DNA of 64,000 nt from Ruminococcus sp. GTDB taxonomy: Bacteria; Bacillota; Clostridia; Oscillospirales; Acutalibacteraceae. The notes beneath the pieces were generated by a model, which was given only the letters and a program-made list of their open reading frames with translations, did not search any database and was not told the origin of the DNA. Shown one piece after another: positions 45,770 to 54,958 of the stretch. How positions within the stretch are numbered: position 1 is the stretch's first letter; every line of letters starts with the position of its first letter. The position numbers and the translations under genes are program-made. The stretch covers positions 604 through 64,603 of the forward strand of contig JAXJYO010000048.1 of assembly GCA_036306945.1 (NCBI GenBank), written 5' to 3'.

Positions 45770-45994
45770 ATGCTTGACAAAATAGCATTGACGCTTCTTG
45801 TTATAGGCGGACTTAATTGGGGCTGTGTCGGAATTTTCCAGTTTGACCTTGTAGCATGGATTTTCGGCGGACAGACAGGAATTATCAGCAGAGTAGTTTA
45901 TGTGATTGTAGGTCTTGCGGCTATCTGGTGCATTTCTCTGTTGTTCAGAGATTCAAGCGATACAGTTACCGATGATTCGGTCACGCATGCATAG
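45770..45994 (+). CDS. DUF378-domain small membrane protein
   Basis: The ATG lies behind an AAAGGAGG RBS. The pattern LLVIGGLNWGCVGIF.FDLVA.IFG is typical of DUF378. Confidence 0.7.
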   Translation: MLDKIALTLLVIGGLNWGCVGIFQFDLVAWIFGGQTGIISRVVYVIVGLAAIWCISLLFRDSSDTVTDDSVTHA

Positions 45995-46015
45995 CGTGTT
46001 TTATTGCAAAAAAAT

Positions 46016-46041
46016 AAAGGGTTGGCTGAGCCAACCCTTTT
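46016..46041. terminator. Bidirectional rho-independent terminator
   Basis: Stem AAAGGGTTGGC/GCCAACCCTTT with a 3-nt loop and flanking A-run and T-run, between convergent genes. Confidence 0.75.
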
Positions 46042-46050
46042 GTAATGTTA

Positions 46051-47259
46051 TTATAAAGCTTCAACAATAGCTTTTGTATCTCTTGCGATGACCATTTCTT
46101 CGTCTGTTGCGATAAGCTCAACTCTGATTTTTGACTCAGGAGTTGAAAGTGTGCCTTCAACTCCGAGAGTAGCCTTTGAGTTGAATTCTTTGTCAAGTTC
46201 AACACCAAAACATTCGAGGTATTCGCAAACTTTTTCACGCAAACGAGGCTGATTCTCACCGATACCTGCTGTAAATACGATGCCGTCACAGCCACCGAGA
46301 GCAACGTAGTAGCTTCCGATGTACTGGGCAATCTGATAATAAACCATCTGGTGAGCAAGGTGAGCACGCATATTACCGCTTTCCTCAGCAGCCATAACGT
46401 CACGCTCGTCGGAAGAAACACCTGAAATACCTAAAAGTCCTGATTCCTTGTTCAGAATCTTTGAAACTTCGTCAGGAGAAAGGTTTTCTTTCTCAGCGAT
46501 AAATGTAACAACAGAAGGGTCAAGTGAGCCTGAACGTGTGCCCATCATAAAACCGCCGAGCGGAGTAAGACCCATTGTTGTGTCGATAACTTTGCCGTTC
46601 TTGATTGCTGTGATTGAAGAACCGTTGCCGATGTGGCAGGTGATAAGCTTAAGATCTTCAATATTCTTACCCATAAGCTCAGCCATCTTAGATGAAACAT
46701 AGCGGTGTGAAGTGCCGTGGAAACCGTACTTACGAACACCGAACTTTTCATAGTATTTGTAAGGAATAGCATACATATAAGCTTTTTCAGGCATAGTCTG
46801 ATGGAAAGCTGTATCAAAAACAACAACCTGTGGAACAGCAGGGCCAAATACCTTTGTGCAGGCATCAATGCCCTGAAGATTAGCAGGGTTGTGGAGTGGA
46901 GCAAGAGGAGCCAACTCGTTGATTTTTTTGATTACCTCGTTGTTAACGAGAACTGATTTATCAAAATAAGAACCGCCCTGTACAACTCTGTGACCGATAG
47001 CAGAAACTTCAGCGAGGTCTTTTACAGCACCGTATTCAGGGTCAGTGATAGCATTTTTAACAGCTTCAAAAGCCTGAGTGTGGTTGAGCATCTGAGTTTT
47101 ACGCTCGATCTTCTGACCGTCAGCAGTCTTAAAACCGATGAAAGCACCGTCAGTGCCGATTCTTTCACAGTTACCTTTGGCAAGAACTTTTTCTCCGTTC
47201 ATATCAATGAGCTGATATTTAAGAGAGGAACTTCCTGCGTTAATTACAAGAATTTTCAT
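46051..47259 (-). CDS. ackA: Acetate kinase
   Basis: N-terminus MKILVINAGSSSLKYQL and motifs HRVVQGG and GFHGTSH. Start set to the ATG at 47259. Confidence 0.95.
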   Translation of the reverse strand: MKILVINAGSSSLKYQLIDMNGEKVLAKGNCERIGTDGAFIGFKTADGQKIERKTQMLNHTQAFEAVKNAITDPEYGAVKDLAEVSAIGHRVVQGGSYFDKSVLVNNEVIKKINELAPLAPLHNPANLQGIDACTKVFGPAVPQVVVFDTAFHQTMPEKAYMYAIPYKYYEKFGVRKYGFHGTSHRYVSSKMAELMGKNIEDLKLITCHIGNGSSITAIKNGKVIDTTMGLTPLGGFMMGTRSGSLDPSVVTFIAEKENLSPDEVSKILNKESGLLGISGVSSDERDVMAAEESGNMRAHLAHQMVYYQIAQYIGSYYVALGGCDGIVFTAGIGENQPRLREKVCEYLECFGVELDKEFNSKATLGVEGTLSTPESKIRVELIATDEEMVIARDTKAIVEAL

Positions 47260-47404
47260 ATGTTTTCGTCCCTTCATTTTATTGATTAGTACAAAAATAT
47301 GTTATATAATAAGTTAATAGTAACACAGTTACTATTATATGATACTCCTTTAAATTCCTGTTTTCAAGTGTTTTTTTCAAATATCTTACATCGGAGGTAA
47401 AATA

Positions 47405-48541
47405 ATGGCAATTGCGGTGATAAGTGAATTCAATCCGTTTCACAACGGACATAAATATCTTCTGAATACAGCCAAGTCAATTGCAGGTGAACCTGTCATT
47501 GCCGTTATGAGCGGTAGTTTCACTCAGCGTGGAGAGGTCGCATTAACTGGTAAATTTGAAAGAACAAAAACTGCACTTAAAAACGGAGCAGATCTTGTCA
47601 TTGAACTTCCGACAGTGTATGCCGTGTCAAATGCACAGCGTTTTGCACAGTGCGGAGTGCACATTGCAAAGTCCTTTGGGTGTGTGAATTATCTTGCATT
47701 CGGTTGCGAAAGCGATAACATTGACAATCTGATAAAAGCTTCAACGGCAATTGACGATGCTAAGGTTAAAGAGATTATCAAGGCTGAAATGAAAAACGGA
47801 AACTACTATCCGAGAGCTGTTGAAAAGGCTGTGCGTGAGATTTTCGGTGATGAAATTGCTGATATACTCCAAAAACCGAATAATATCCTTGCTGTTGAGT
47901 ACATCAGAAGTCTGAAAAATTCAGATGTAAAACCATTGCCGATAATGCGAATGGGCACAGCGCACGACAGCGTTGAAACAAGCGCAGAATTTGCCTCAGC
48001 TTCACAGATAAGAAGGTTGCTTCGCAATGGTGACAGCGCAGAAAAATATCTGCCTGAAGTTCCTCAAAATATAACATACTCTGAAAATTTGGAGAGAGCA
48101 ACGTTGTACAAGCTGAGAACTATGAGTGCAGAAGATATTGCCAATTTGCCCGATGTAGGCGAAGGTCTTGAAAACAGAATCTTCAATGCAGTGCAGAATT
48201 ATAATTCCGTAGTAGAAATAACCAATGTCGTGAAAACCAAGCGTTACACCCATGCAAGACTTCGCAGAATAATGACCTGTGCATTGCTTGGAATAACAGA
48301 AAAATTGCAGACGATTCCCGTGGAGTACGCAAGAGTGCTCGGCTTCAATGAAAATGGTGCTGACCTTTTGAAAAGCTGTAAACTTGAGGTTGTGACTTCT
48401 GTTGCAAAGGCAATGAAGCTTGGCGGAAATATTACAACTTTGCTTAAAAAAGACGTTCTTGCTACCGATATTTCTTCTCTGGCATATGAGAAAATCCGAG
48501 CCAAAGGTGCAGATTATACAACGAAGATAGTCAAGCTATGA
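47405..48541 (+). CDS. tmcAL: tRNA(Met) cytidine acetate ligase (YlbM/DUF795 nucleotidyltransferase family)
   Basis: 378 aa with the N-terminal motif VISEFNPFHNGHKYLL. Confidence 0.8.
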   Translation: MAIAVISEFNPFHNGHKYLLNTAKSIAGEPVIAVMSGSFTQRGEVALTGKFERTKTALKNGADLVIELPTVYAVSNAQRFAQCGVHIAKSFGCVNYLAFGCESDNIDNLIKASTAIDDAKVKEIIKAEMKNGNYYPRAVEKAVREIFGDEIADILQKPNNILAVEYIRSLKNSDVKPLPIMRMGTAHDSVETSAEFASASQIRRLLRNGDSAEKYLPEVPQNITYSENLERATLYKLRTMSAEDIANLPDVGEGLENRIFNAVQNYNSVVEITNVVKTKRYTHARLRRIMTCALLGITEKLQTIPVEYARVLGFNENGADLLKSCKLEVVTSVAKAMKLGGNITTLLKKDVLATDISSLAYEKIRAKGADYTTKIVKL

Positions 48542-49102
48542 GCAATTGTCTTGAATATATTTTCTTATTCTGTCACCGATAACGCTTGCGAGTTCAAAAA
48601 TAGGCTCGGCTGATTCGGCGTCAATTTTACCGTACAAATCTGTATTTTCTTTAAAAGCATAATAACTGCCGTACAATGCGTAATCAAGTGCAATCGAAGC
48701 CTTTTTGTTTTCTCTCAAGGTAGGAGAACGCTTATAAATCGTTTCACGCAGTTCCTTAATAGTTTTTTCAGCCAGATTTGTTATACAGTCATCTGAAAAT
48801 AGGGTGTTGATGAGTTTTGCATTTGAATTGAATGCGTATATTATTTCTTTGGTGAATTCCGAAGAATTTTCAATGATATATTCGGGGTGAGAAATTGAGT
48901 TTACAATCGAATGTATAACTTCGTTTTCGATCTTATCCTCCAAATCAAAAATGTCATTATAGTGAGAGTAGAAAGTGGATTTGTTGACCATTGCTTTTTC
49001 GCAGAGCTCTTTAACGGTGATTTTTTTCAGTTCTTTTTTCGCTCTCAGCAAAAGAAAAGCGTCATTAATAGCTTTTTTACTTTTTATTACCCTGATATCC
49101 AT
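48536..49102 (-). CDS. TetR/AcrR family transcriptional regulator
   Basis: 188 aa with HTH ITVKELCEKAMVNKSTFYSHY. Confidence 0.8.
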   Translation of the reverse strand: MDIRVIKSKKAINDAFLLLRAKKELKKITVKELCEKAMVNKSTFYSHYNDIFDLEDKIENEVIHSIVNSISHPEYIIENSSEFTKEIIYAFNSNAKLINTLFSDDCITNLAEKTIKELRETIYKRSPTLRENKKASIALDYALYGSYYAFKENTDLYGKIDAESAEPIFELASVIGDRIRKYIQDNCS

Positions 49103-49362
49103 AAAAATATCCGCCTTTTATTTAAAATCGTCGGTTATCCGACTACTGTCGTGAATTGTTGATTGATATTTATTGAAATTTTGTATATTATTATAATAGC
49201 AATTAAAGTAAATGTCAAAACGAAACATTGCACGATTTATGACACTTGTACATAAAACTTAAAAATATCTACATAAAATTATAAAATACCCCTTGTGTAT
49301 TTGTTAAAAATATATTATACTATTAATGTATAATAAAACCATTCTATGAAAAGAGGTTTACT

Positions 49363-51441
49363 ATGGCTTATGTTTTAAATGATGATCGTCCTCCTCTTGA
49401 ACTGTTTTTGCAGGGTGAGTCAGTCAGGGCGTATGAATTTCTCGGTTCGCATTTTGTGAATTGGGACAATCAGGACGGCGTAGTGTTCAGAGTATGGGCA
49501 CCTAATGCGCTTTCGGTTTCAGTAGTAGGTGACTTTAACGGTTGGAATAAAGACGCCAATTATATGTATCGTATCAACGACACAGGCGTGTGGGAACTTT
49601 TTATTCCCGGTATTCCGGAGTTTGAGTGCTATAAATATTGTGTGGAAACTCCTTGGTCTGACCGTATACTCAAGACTGACCCATATGCTTTCCATTGTCA
49701 GACAAGACCTGACAATGCTTCAAGAGTTTATGAGATAAACGGTTATGAGTGGCACGATGATGAATGGCTCAAGTTCAAGAGTGAACATTCACACTTCAAA
49801 CAGCCGATTAACGTTTATGAGATGAACGCAGGTTCTTGGAGAAAGTATGAAGACGGCAATGTATTCAGCTACAGAAAGCTTGCCGAAGAGCTTATTCCTT
49901 ATGTAAAGAATCTCGGATACACACACATCGAGTTTATGCCTCTTACAGAATTTCCGTATGACGGAAGCTGGGGCTATCAGGTAACAGGCTACTATGCGGC
50001 AACTTCACGTTACGGTGAGCCTAAAGATTTGATGTATTTCATTGATCAGTGCCATCAGCAGGGAATAGGTGTTATTCTCGACTGGGTACCTGCACATTTT
50101 CCAAAAGATGCACACGGTCTTGCACGTTTTGACGGCACAGGCTGTTATGAATATGAAGATTGGAGAATCGGTGAGCATAAGGAATGGGGCACATATATCT
50201 TCAACTACGGCCGTTATGAAGTAACAAGCTTCCTCATTTCATCAGCAATGTTCTGGCTTGATATGTTCCACGTTGACGGTATCAGAGTTGATGCGGTTGC
50301 TTCAATGCTCTACCTTGATTACAATCGTAAGGACGGCGAGTGGCTTCCAAACTGCTACGGCGGAAGAGAAAACCTTGTTGCTGTTGAATTTTTACAGAAA
50401 CTCAACACAGTTGTACATATGTATCATCCTGAGGTTATGATGATTGCTGAGGAGAGTACAGCTTGGGGTGCTGTAACAGGCAGACCTATCAAGGACCTCG
50501 GTCTTGGATTTGACTACAAGTGGAATATGGGTTGGATGAACGATATGCTTTCTTATATTTCGCTTGATCCATTGTGGAGAAATTACCACCACGATACTCT
50601 CACATTCAGTATGGTTTACGCATTCTCAGAAAACTTTATGTTGCCGATTTCCCACGATGAAGTCGTTTACGGTAAAGGCTCACTTATAAATAAGATGCCG
50701 GGCAACTATGAAATGAAGTTTATGGGAGTAAGAAACTTTGTTTCATATATGATGGCTCATCCGGGCAAAAAGCTTATGTTTATGGGCGGTGAAATCGGAC
50801 AGTTCGATGAGTGGAACGCAAACACTCAGCTTGAATGGAGTTTGTTCGATTATGAAAAACACCGTCAGCTTAATCATTTCTTCGCAGAGGTAAACAAGTT
50901 CTATCGTGACACTCCTGCAATGCACGAGAATGACTACGATTGGGACGGTTTCCAGTGGATCGCACTTGACGATTATCAGAACAGCGTAATTTCATTCCGC
51001 AGAATTGCTTACGACGGAAGTGAAATCATTTGTATATGCAACTTCCAGCCTGTAACAAGAGAGAATTACAAAATCGGTGTACCTGTTTACGGTGTATACG
51101 AAGAAGTGTTCAACTCTGAAAATACAGAGTTTGGCGGTTGCGGAATAGGAAACAGCGGTGACATCAAGGCATTAAACGAGGAAGACCACAATCTCGATTA
51201 TTGTATTGATATTACACTTCCTCCTCTCGGTGTGCTTTACATCAAGCTTAAAGAAGCTCTTCCGGCACCTCCTAAGAAGGTTAAGAAAAAGACAACAGCA
51301 AAGAAAACAACCACAAAGAAAGCACCTGCCAAAAAGGCTCCTGCAAAGAAAACACCTCCAAAAAAGGTAAGACCAAAGAAGCCGGCAGATTTGCTTGAAC
51401 CTAAAGCTGAAGAAGCAAAAGAGGCAAATACAGAAGAATAA
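49363..51441 (+). CDS. glgB: 1,4-alpha-glucan branching enzyme with a 59-aa Lys/Pro/Ala/Thr-rich C-terminal tail
   Basis: GH13 motifs DWVPAHF, GIRVDAVASMLY, MIAEEST and SHDEVV. The tail PAPPKKVKKKTTAKKTTTKKAPAKKAPAKKTPPKKVRPKK... is encoded at 51262-51438. Confidence 0.95.
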   Translation: MAYVLNDDRPPLELFLQGESVRAYEFLGSHFVNWDNQDGVVFRVWAPNALSVSVVGDFNGWNKDANYMYRINDTGVWELFIPGIPEFECYKYCVETPWSDRILKTDPYAFHCQTRPDNASRVYEINGYEWHDDEWLKFKSEHSHFKQPINVYEMNAGSWRKYEDGNVFSYRKLAEELIPYVKNLGYTHIEFMPLTEFPYDGSWGYQVTGYYAATSRYGEPKDLMYFIDQCHQQGIGVILDWVPAHFPKDAHGLARFDGTGCYEYEDWRIGEHKEWGTYIFNYGRYEVTSFLISSAMFWLDMFHVDGIRVDAVASMLYLDYNRKDGEWLPNCYGGRENLVAVEFLQKLNTVVHMYHPEVMMIAEESTAWGAVTGRPIKDLGLGFDYKWNMGWMNDMLSYISLDPLWRNYHHDTLTFSMVYAFSENFMLPISHDEVVYGKGSLINKMPGNYEMKFMGVRNFVSYMMAHPGKKLMFMGGEIGQFDEWNANTQLEWSLFDYEKHRQLNHFFAEVNKFYRDTPAMHENDYDWDGFQWIALDDYQNSVISFRRIAYDGSEIICICNFQPVTRENYKIGVPVYGVYEEVFNSENTEFGGCGIGNSGDIKALNEEDHNLDYCIDITLPPLGVLYIKLKEALPAPPKKVKKKTTAKKTTTKKAPAKKAPAKKTPPKKVRPKKPADLLEPKAEEAKEANTEE

Positions 51442-51456
51442 TTACTTAAATAATGT

Positions 51457-51495
51457 AAAAGCGGTGCTTCATAACGGCATCGCTTTTGCTGTTTT
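51457..51495 (+). terminator. Rho-independent terminator after glgB
   Basis: 8-bp stem AGCGGTGC/GCATCGCT (one G-U pair), followed by TTTTGCTGTTTT. Confidence 0.65.
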
Positions 51496-51628
51496 GAAGT
51501 AAAAAATGGTCAAAAAAGCAACAAAATAAAAAATATTACATATTTCCCAAAAAGTACTTGTAAAAATAATCAATTTGATATATAATGTAATTACTCAAAA
51601 AAGAGTAATCATAAAGGAGGAATTAACG

Positions 51629-52771
51629 ATGAAGAAATCATCAAAGGTTATCAGCCTTGTTCTTGCAGGCGTAATGACAACATCTTGCGCAGCTGGTTTT
51701 TCAGCAGTAACTGCATCAGCAGCTGATGGCGAAACAAGAGTTTATTTTGAAGTTCCTACTCTCGAAGAGTGGGGCACAACAAAGCAGGTTTTCTGTCATG
51801 TATATAATGTTTACGGTGGCACACCATTAACAGAAACATCATGGCAGTCAAAGTCAGAGCTTTGTAAAAAGGATTCAGCAACAGGTTTATACTACTTCGA
51901 TACAAGTAAGGTTGGTACAATCGAAGAAGGCGCTGACTATGCTCTCCTTTTCTCAACAAAGGATACAGCAGGTGGCGCTCATCAGACAGGTAACATCTCA
52001 TTCGGTGTTGAGTGTCTCGGAGATACAGTTTACCTCACAGGTGGAATGGTAGAAAACACAGAAGATTCATCAAAAATGGACTACGAAGGTGCTTGGAAGA
52101 ACAATTCAGACAAGTACGGTGCAATGGCAGCTATCACATCTACAGGTAAGGTTGTAGGTAAGTACTTCCCTGCACATCAGCCAAAAGAGCAGATCGTTGC
52201 AAGATTCCTTTGCTCATGGGGCGTAATTAATGAAGCACTCCTCACACCTGAAACTGTTCAGAACGTATGTGCACAGCTCGAAGTTGCTCCAATGGATGTT
52301 TACAACCAGTATGCAACTGACTATGCTACACAGCTCGCTGATCCTGAGGCTAACCCAAATGTTGCTTCACTTGAAATGGTAGCTTATTACCTCGGTGTAG
52401 ATCCAAATCCTACAACTGAGCCGGAAACAACTGAGCCTGCAACAGAGCCAGCTACAACAGAGCCAGCAACAACAGAGCCAGCTACAACAGTTCCTGTTCC
52501 TGTAGCTTACTATGGTGATGTTGATGGTGATGGTGATATCACAATTTCTGATGCTACATTAATTCAGAAAGCCGGTCTCGGTTTTGATGTTGCAGTTGAT
52601 GCTACAATTGCTGACGTAAACGGCGACGGCAGAGTTTCAATTGCTGACGTTACATTAATCCAGAAGTATCTCGTAAATGCAGGTTACAACACATACTTAG
52701 TTGGTCAGCCAATTTATGCAGATGTTACTCAAACTCCAGTAGAGGATTCAACAGTTACTGGCGATTGCTAA
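51629..52771 (+). CDS. Secreted dockerin-containing protein; N-terminal roughly 260-aa domain of unknown function
   Basis: Signal peptide MKKSSKVISLVLAGVMTTSCAAGFSAVTASA, then a TEPxTT linker. The two dockerin Ca-binding segments are GDVDGDGDITISDATLIQK and ADVNGDGRVSIADVTLIQKYL. Confidence 0.8.
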   Translation: MKKSSKVISLVLAGVMTTSCAAGFSAVTASAADGETRVYFEVPTLEEWGTTKQVFCHVYNVYGGTPLTETSWQSKSELCKKDSATGLYYFDTSKVGTIEEGADYALLFSTKDTAGGAHQTGNISFGVECLGDTVYLTGGMVENTEDSSKMDYEGAWKNNSDKYGAMAAITSTGKVVGKYFPAHQPKEQIVARFLCSWGVINEALLTPETVQNVCAQLEVAPMDVYNQYATDYATQLADPEANPNVASLEMVAYYLGVDPNPTTEPETTEPATEPATTEPATTEPATTVPVPVAYYGDVDGDGDITISDATLIQKAGLGFDVAVDATIADVNGDGRVSIADVTLIQKYLVNAGYNTYLVGQPIYADVTQTPVEDSTVTGDC

Positions 52772-52795
52772 TCTGAATAATTAACTTAAATGATA

Positions 52796-52826
52796 AAAGC
52801 TCCACTTTGTGTGGGGCTTTTGTTTT
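52796..52826 (+). terminator. Rho-independent terminator
   Basis: Stem AGCTCCAC/GTGGGGCT (one G-U pair), followed by TTTTGTTTT. Confidence 0.65.
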
Positions 52827-52986
52827 ATATTATAGAAATGGTTGGGTTTAAGTGATATCGACTTTATTCCTGAATTAGATGTTACAACACGGTGTTTCTA
52901 CTCTTTTTCCGAAATTTCGACAATTCTCTGTACAACAGGGGTCGATTTGTGATAAAATAAAATGTAAAGCAAGGAGGCGAACGGAA

Positions 52987-53580
52987 ATGATTATTCATGA
53001 TATTTCGAGGGATACTATCACATCACCTGTTTATGAGGGCGATCCCGAAACTGTAGCAGAACGAATAAAAGATATGGAAAACGGAGATTCTTATAATCTC
53101 ACAAAGCTGTCAATGTCGGTTCATACTGGAACGCACATTGATGCACCACTGCATTTTTGTTCTGACGGAAGTTCGATCGATCAGCTCCGCCTCAATACTT
53201 TTTACGGAAAATGTACCGTGATTTCGGTTGACGGAATCCTGACAGGCGAGGATATGGAACGACTTTTGCCTTATTGCAAAAAAAGGGTGCTGTTCCACGG
53301 AGAAGGCAAAACATTTCTTTCTCATTCAGCGGCAATCGTCCTTGCTGAGAGCAGAGTTGTGCTTGTTGGTACAGATGCACAGTCGATTGCACCGTCGTTT
53401 GACGAAGAGTCAACCCACAGAGAGCTTGCAAGAGCAGGAATTGCCGTGCTTGAAAATCTTAATCTTTCTGCAATTGAAGACGGAGAATACGACCTTTGTG
53501 CTTTTCCCGTAAAGCTTGGAGGAATTGAAGCATCTCCGTGCAGAGCAATAATTTTTGAACAGGAAAAGGGGCTTAATTAA
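52987..53580 (+). CDS. Cyclase-family protein (kynurenine formamidase-like)
   Basis: The ATG lies behind an AAGGAGG RBS. The motif HTGTHIDAPLHF is typical of the putative cyclase family. Confidence 0.75.
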   Translation: MIIHDISRDTITSPVYEGDPETVAERIKDMENGDSYNLTKLSMSVHTGTHIDAPLHFCSDGSSIDQLRLNTFYGKCTVISVDGILTGEDMERLLPYCKKRVLFHGEGKTFLSHSAAIVLAESRVVLVGTDAQSIAPSFDEESTHRELARAGIAVLENLNLSAIEDGEYDLCAFPVKLGGIEASPCRAIIFEQEKGLN

Positions 53581-53585
53581 ACCTT

Positions 53586-54248
53586 ATGATAAAGATAGCA
53601 GTATTTGACCTTGACGGAACATTGGTAAACTCTCTCACAGACCTTGCACAGAGTGTGAACAAAGGTCTGGCAAAAGCAGGACTTGAAGAAAAGCCTGTAG
53701 AAAATTATAACCACTATGTCGGAAACGGCAGAGAGGTTATGGTGAAGAGGGCAATGGGGGAATATGCCGACAACGAGGAACTTCTCCGCATTGTGCGAGA
53801 TACTTTCAATGCGGAATACAAAATTCACTGCAATGACAACACTGTTTCTTATAAAGGTTGTGCAGAACTTCTTGAAAAACTCAAAAGTGACGGAATTCTC
53901 ACGGCTGTTCTGTCAAATAAGCCTGATGAATTTGTGGGAAGAATCCTCAGAAAAGTCTACCCCGAGCACACTTTTACAGAAGCGTGGGGCAAGAAACCCG
54001 AATATAAAACAAAACCCGATAAACAGGCACTCATTGCAATGCTTGATAAGCACAACATCAATCCTGAGGAGTGCATTTATATTGGCGACAGCGACGTTGA
54101 TGTTCAGACAGCGCAGAATTCGGGTGTGCAGATGGCAGGTGTAGAATGGGGCTTCAGAGGAAGAGAAGAACTGCTTTCAGTTGGTGCACCTTTTGTAGCA
54201 AAAACAGCAGAAGAACTTTATGATTATATAAGTGGTTGCAATGAATAA
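53586..54248 (+). CDS. HAD-family hydrolase (phosphoglycolate phosphatase-like)
   Basis: HAD motif I is AVFDLDGTLV. Motifs SNK and GDSDVD are also present. Confidence 0.8.
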   Translation: MIKIAVFDLDGTLVNSLTDLAQSVNKGLAKAGLEEKPVENYNHYVGNGREVMVKRAMGEYADNEELLRIVRDTFNAEYKIHCNDNTVSYKGCAELLEKLKSDGILTAVLSNKPDEFVGRILRKVYPEHTFTEAWGKKPEYKTKPDKQALIAMLDKHNINPEECIYIGDSDVDVQTAQNSGVQMAGVEWGFRGREELLSVGAPFVAKTAEELYDYISGCNE

Positions 54249-54876
54249 GATCAATTATCAGAAAGAGCTTGAAAAAGTAATCAATAGAAATCAGGCGGAA
54301 AACAGAGTGCCAAAGTTGTTGCTTCATGCTTGTTGTGCACCTTGTTCAAGCTATTGCCTTGAATATCTTTCGCAATATTTTGAGATTACGGTGCTGTATT
54401 TTAATCCGAATATTTCCGATAAAGAAGAATACGAGTACAGACTCAACGAAGAAAAGCGTCTTATTTCATTGATGAATTTCAAAAATCCGGTCAATATGAT
54501 TGACGGTGAATACGAGCCAAAGGACTTTTTCAATGCTGTCAAAGGTCTTGAAAGAGAGCCTGAAGGCGGAAAACGTTGCGAAAAATGTTTCAGACTGCGA
54601 CTTGAAGAAACTGCAAAAAAAGCAAAAGAATTAGGTTTTGACTATTTTACCACGACGCTCACGATCAGTCCGTTAAAAAACGCACAGTTGCTTAACCAAA
54701 TCGGAGAGGAATATGCTAAACAGTATGGCGTTAACTGGCTTTACAGCGATTTCAAGAAAAAGGAAGGCTACAAGCGTTCAATAGTCTTGTCACAGCAATA
54801 TGATCTCTACAGACAGAATTTCTGCGGTTGTGTTTACAGCCGAAATCAAAATAATAACAGGGACAGTTCAGATTAA
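54241..54876 (+). CDS. queH: Epoxyqueuosine reductase QueH (DUF208)
   Basis: Motif LLLHACCAPCSSY and a C-terminal FCGC. The ATG at 54241 overlaps the HAD gene by 8 nt. Confidence 0.85.
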   Translation: MNKINYQKELEKVINRNQAENRVPKLLLHACCAPCSSYCLEYLSQYFEITVLYFNPNISDKEEYEYRLNEEKRLISLMNFKNPVNMIDGEYEPKDFFNAVKGLEREPEGGKRCEKCFRLRLEETAKKAKELGFDYFTTTLTISPLKNAQLLNQIGEEYAKQYGVNWLYSDFKKKEGYKRSIVLSQQYDLYRQNFCGCVYSRNQNNNRDSSD

Positions 54877-54899
54877 ACGAACTGTCCCTTATACTTTTC
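54860..54899 (+). terminator. Rho-independent terminator overlapping the queH stop codon
   Basis: 10-bp perfect stem GGGACAGTTC/GAACTGTCCC, followed by TTATACTTTT. Confidence 0.6.
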
Positions 54900-54958
54900 C
54901 TGAAATATATTGCATAAAATAACCCGATAATTATATTATTGTTAATTTTCTGTCAAGC

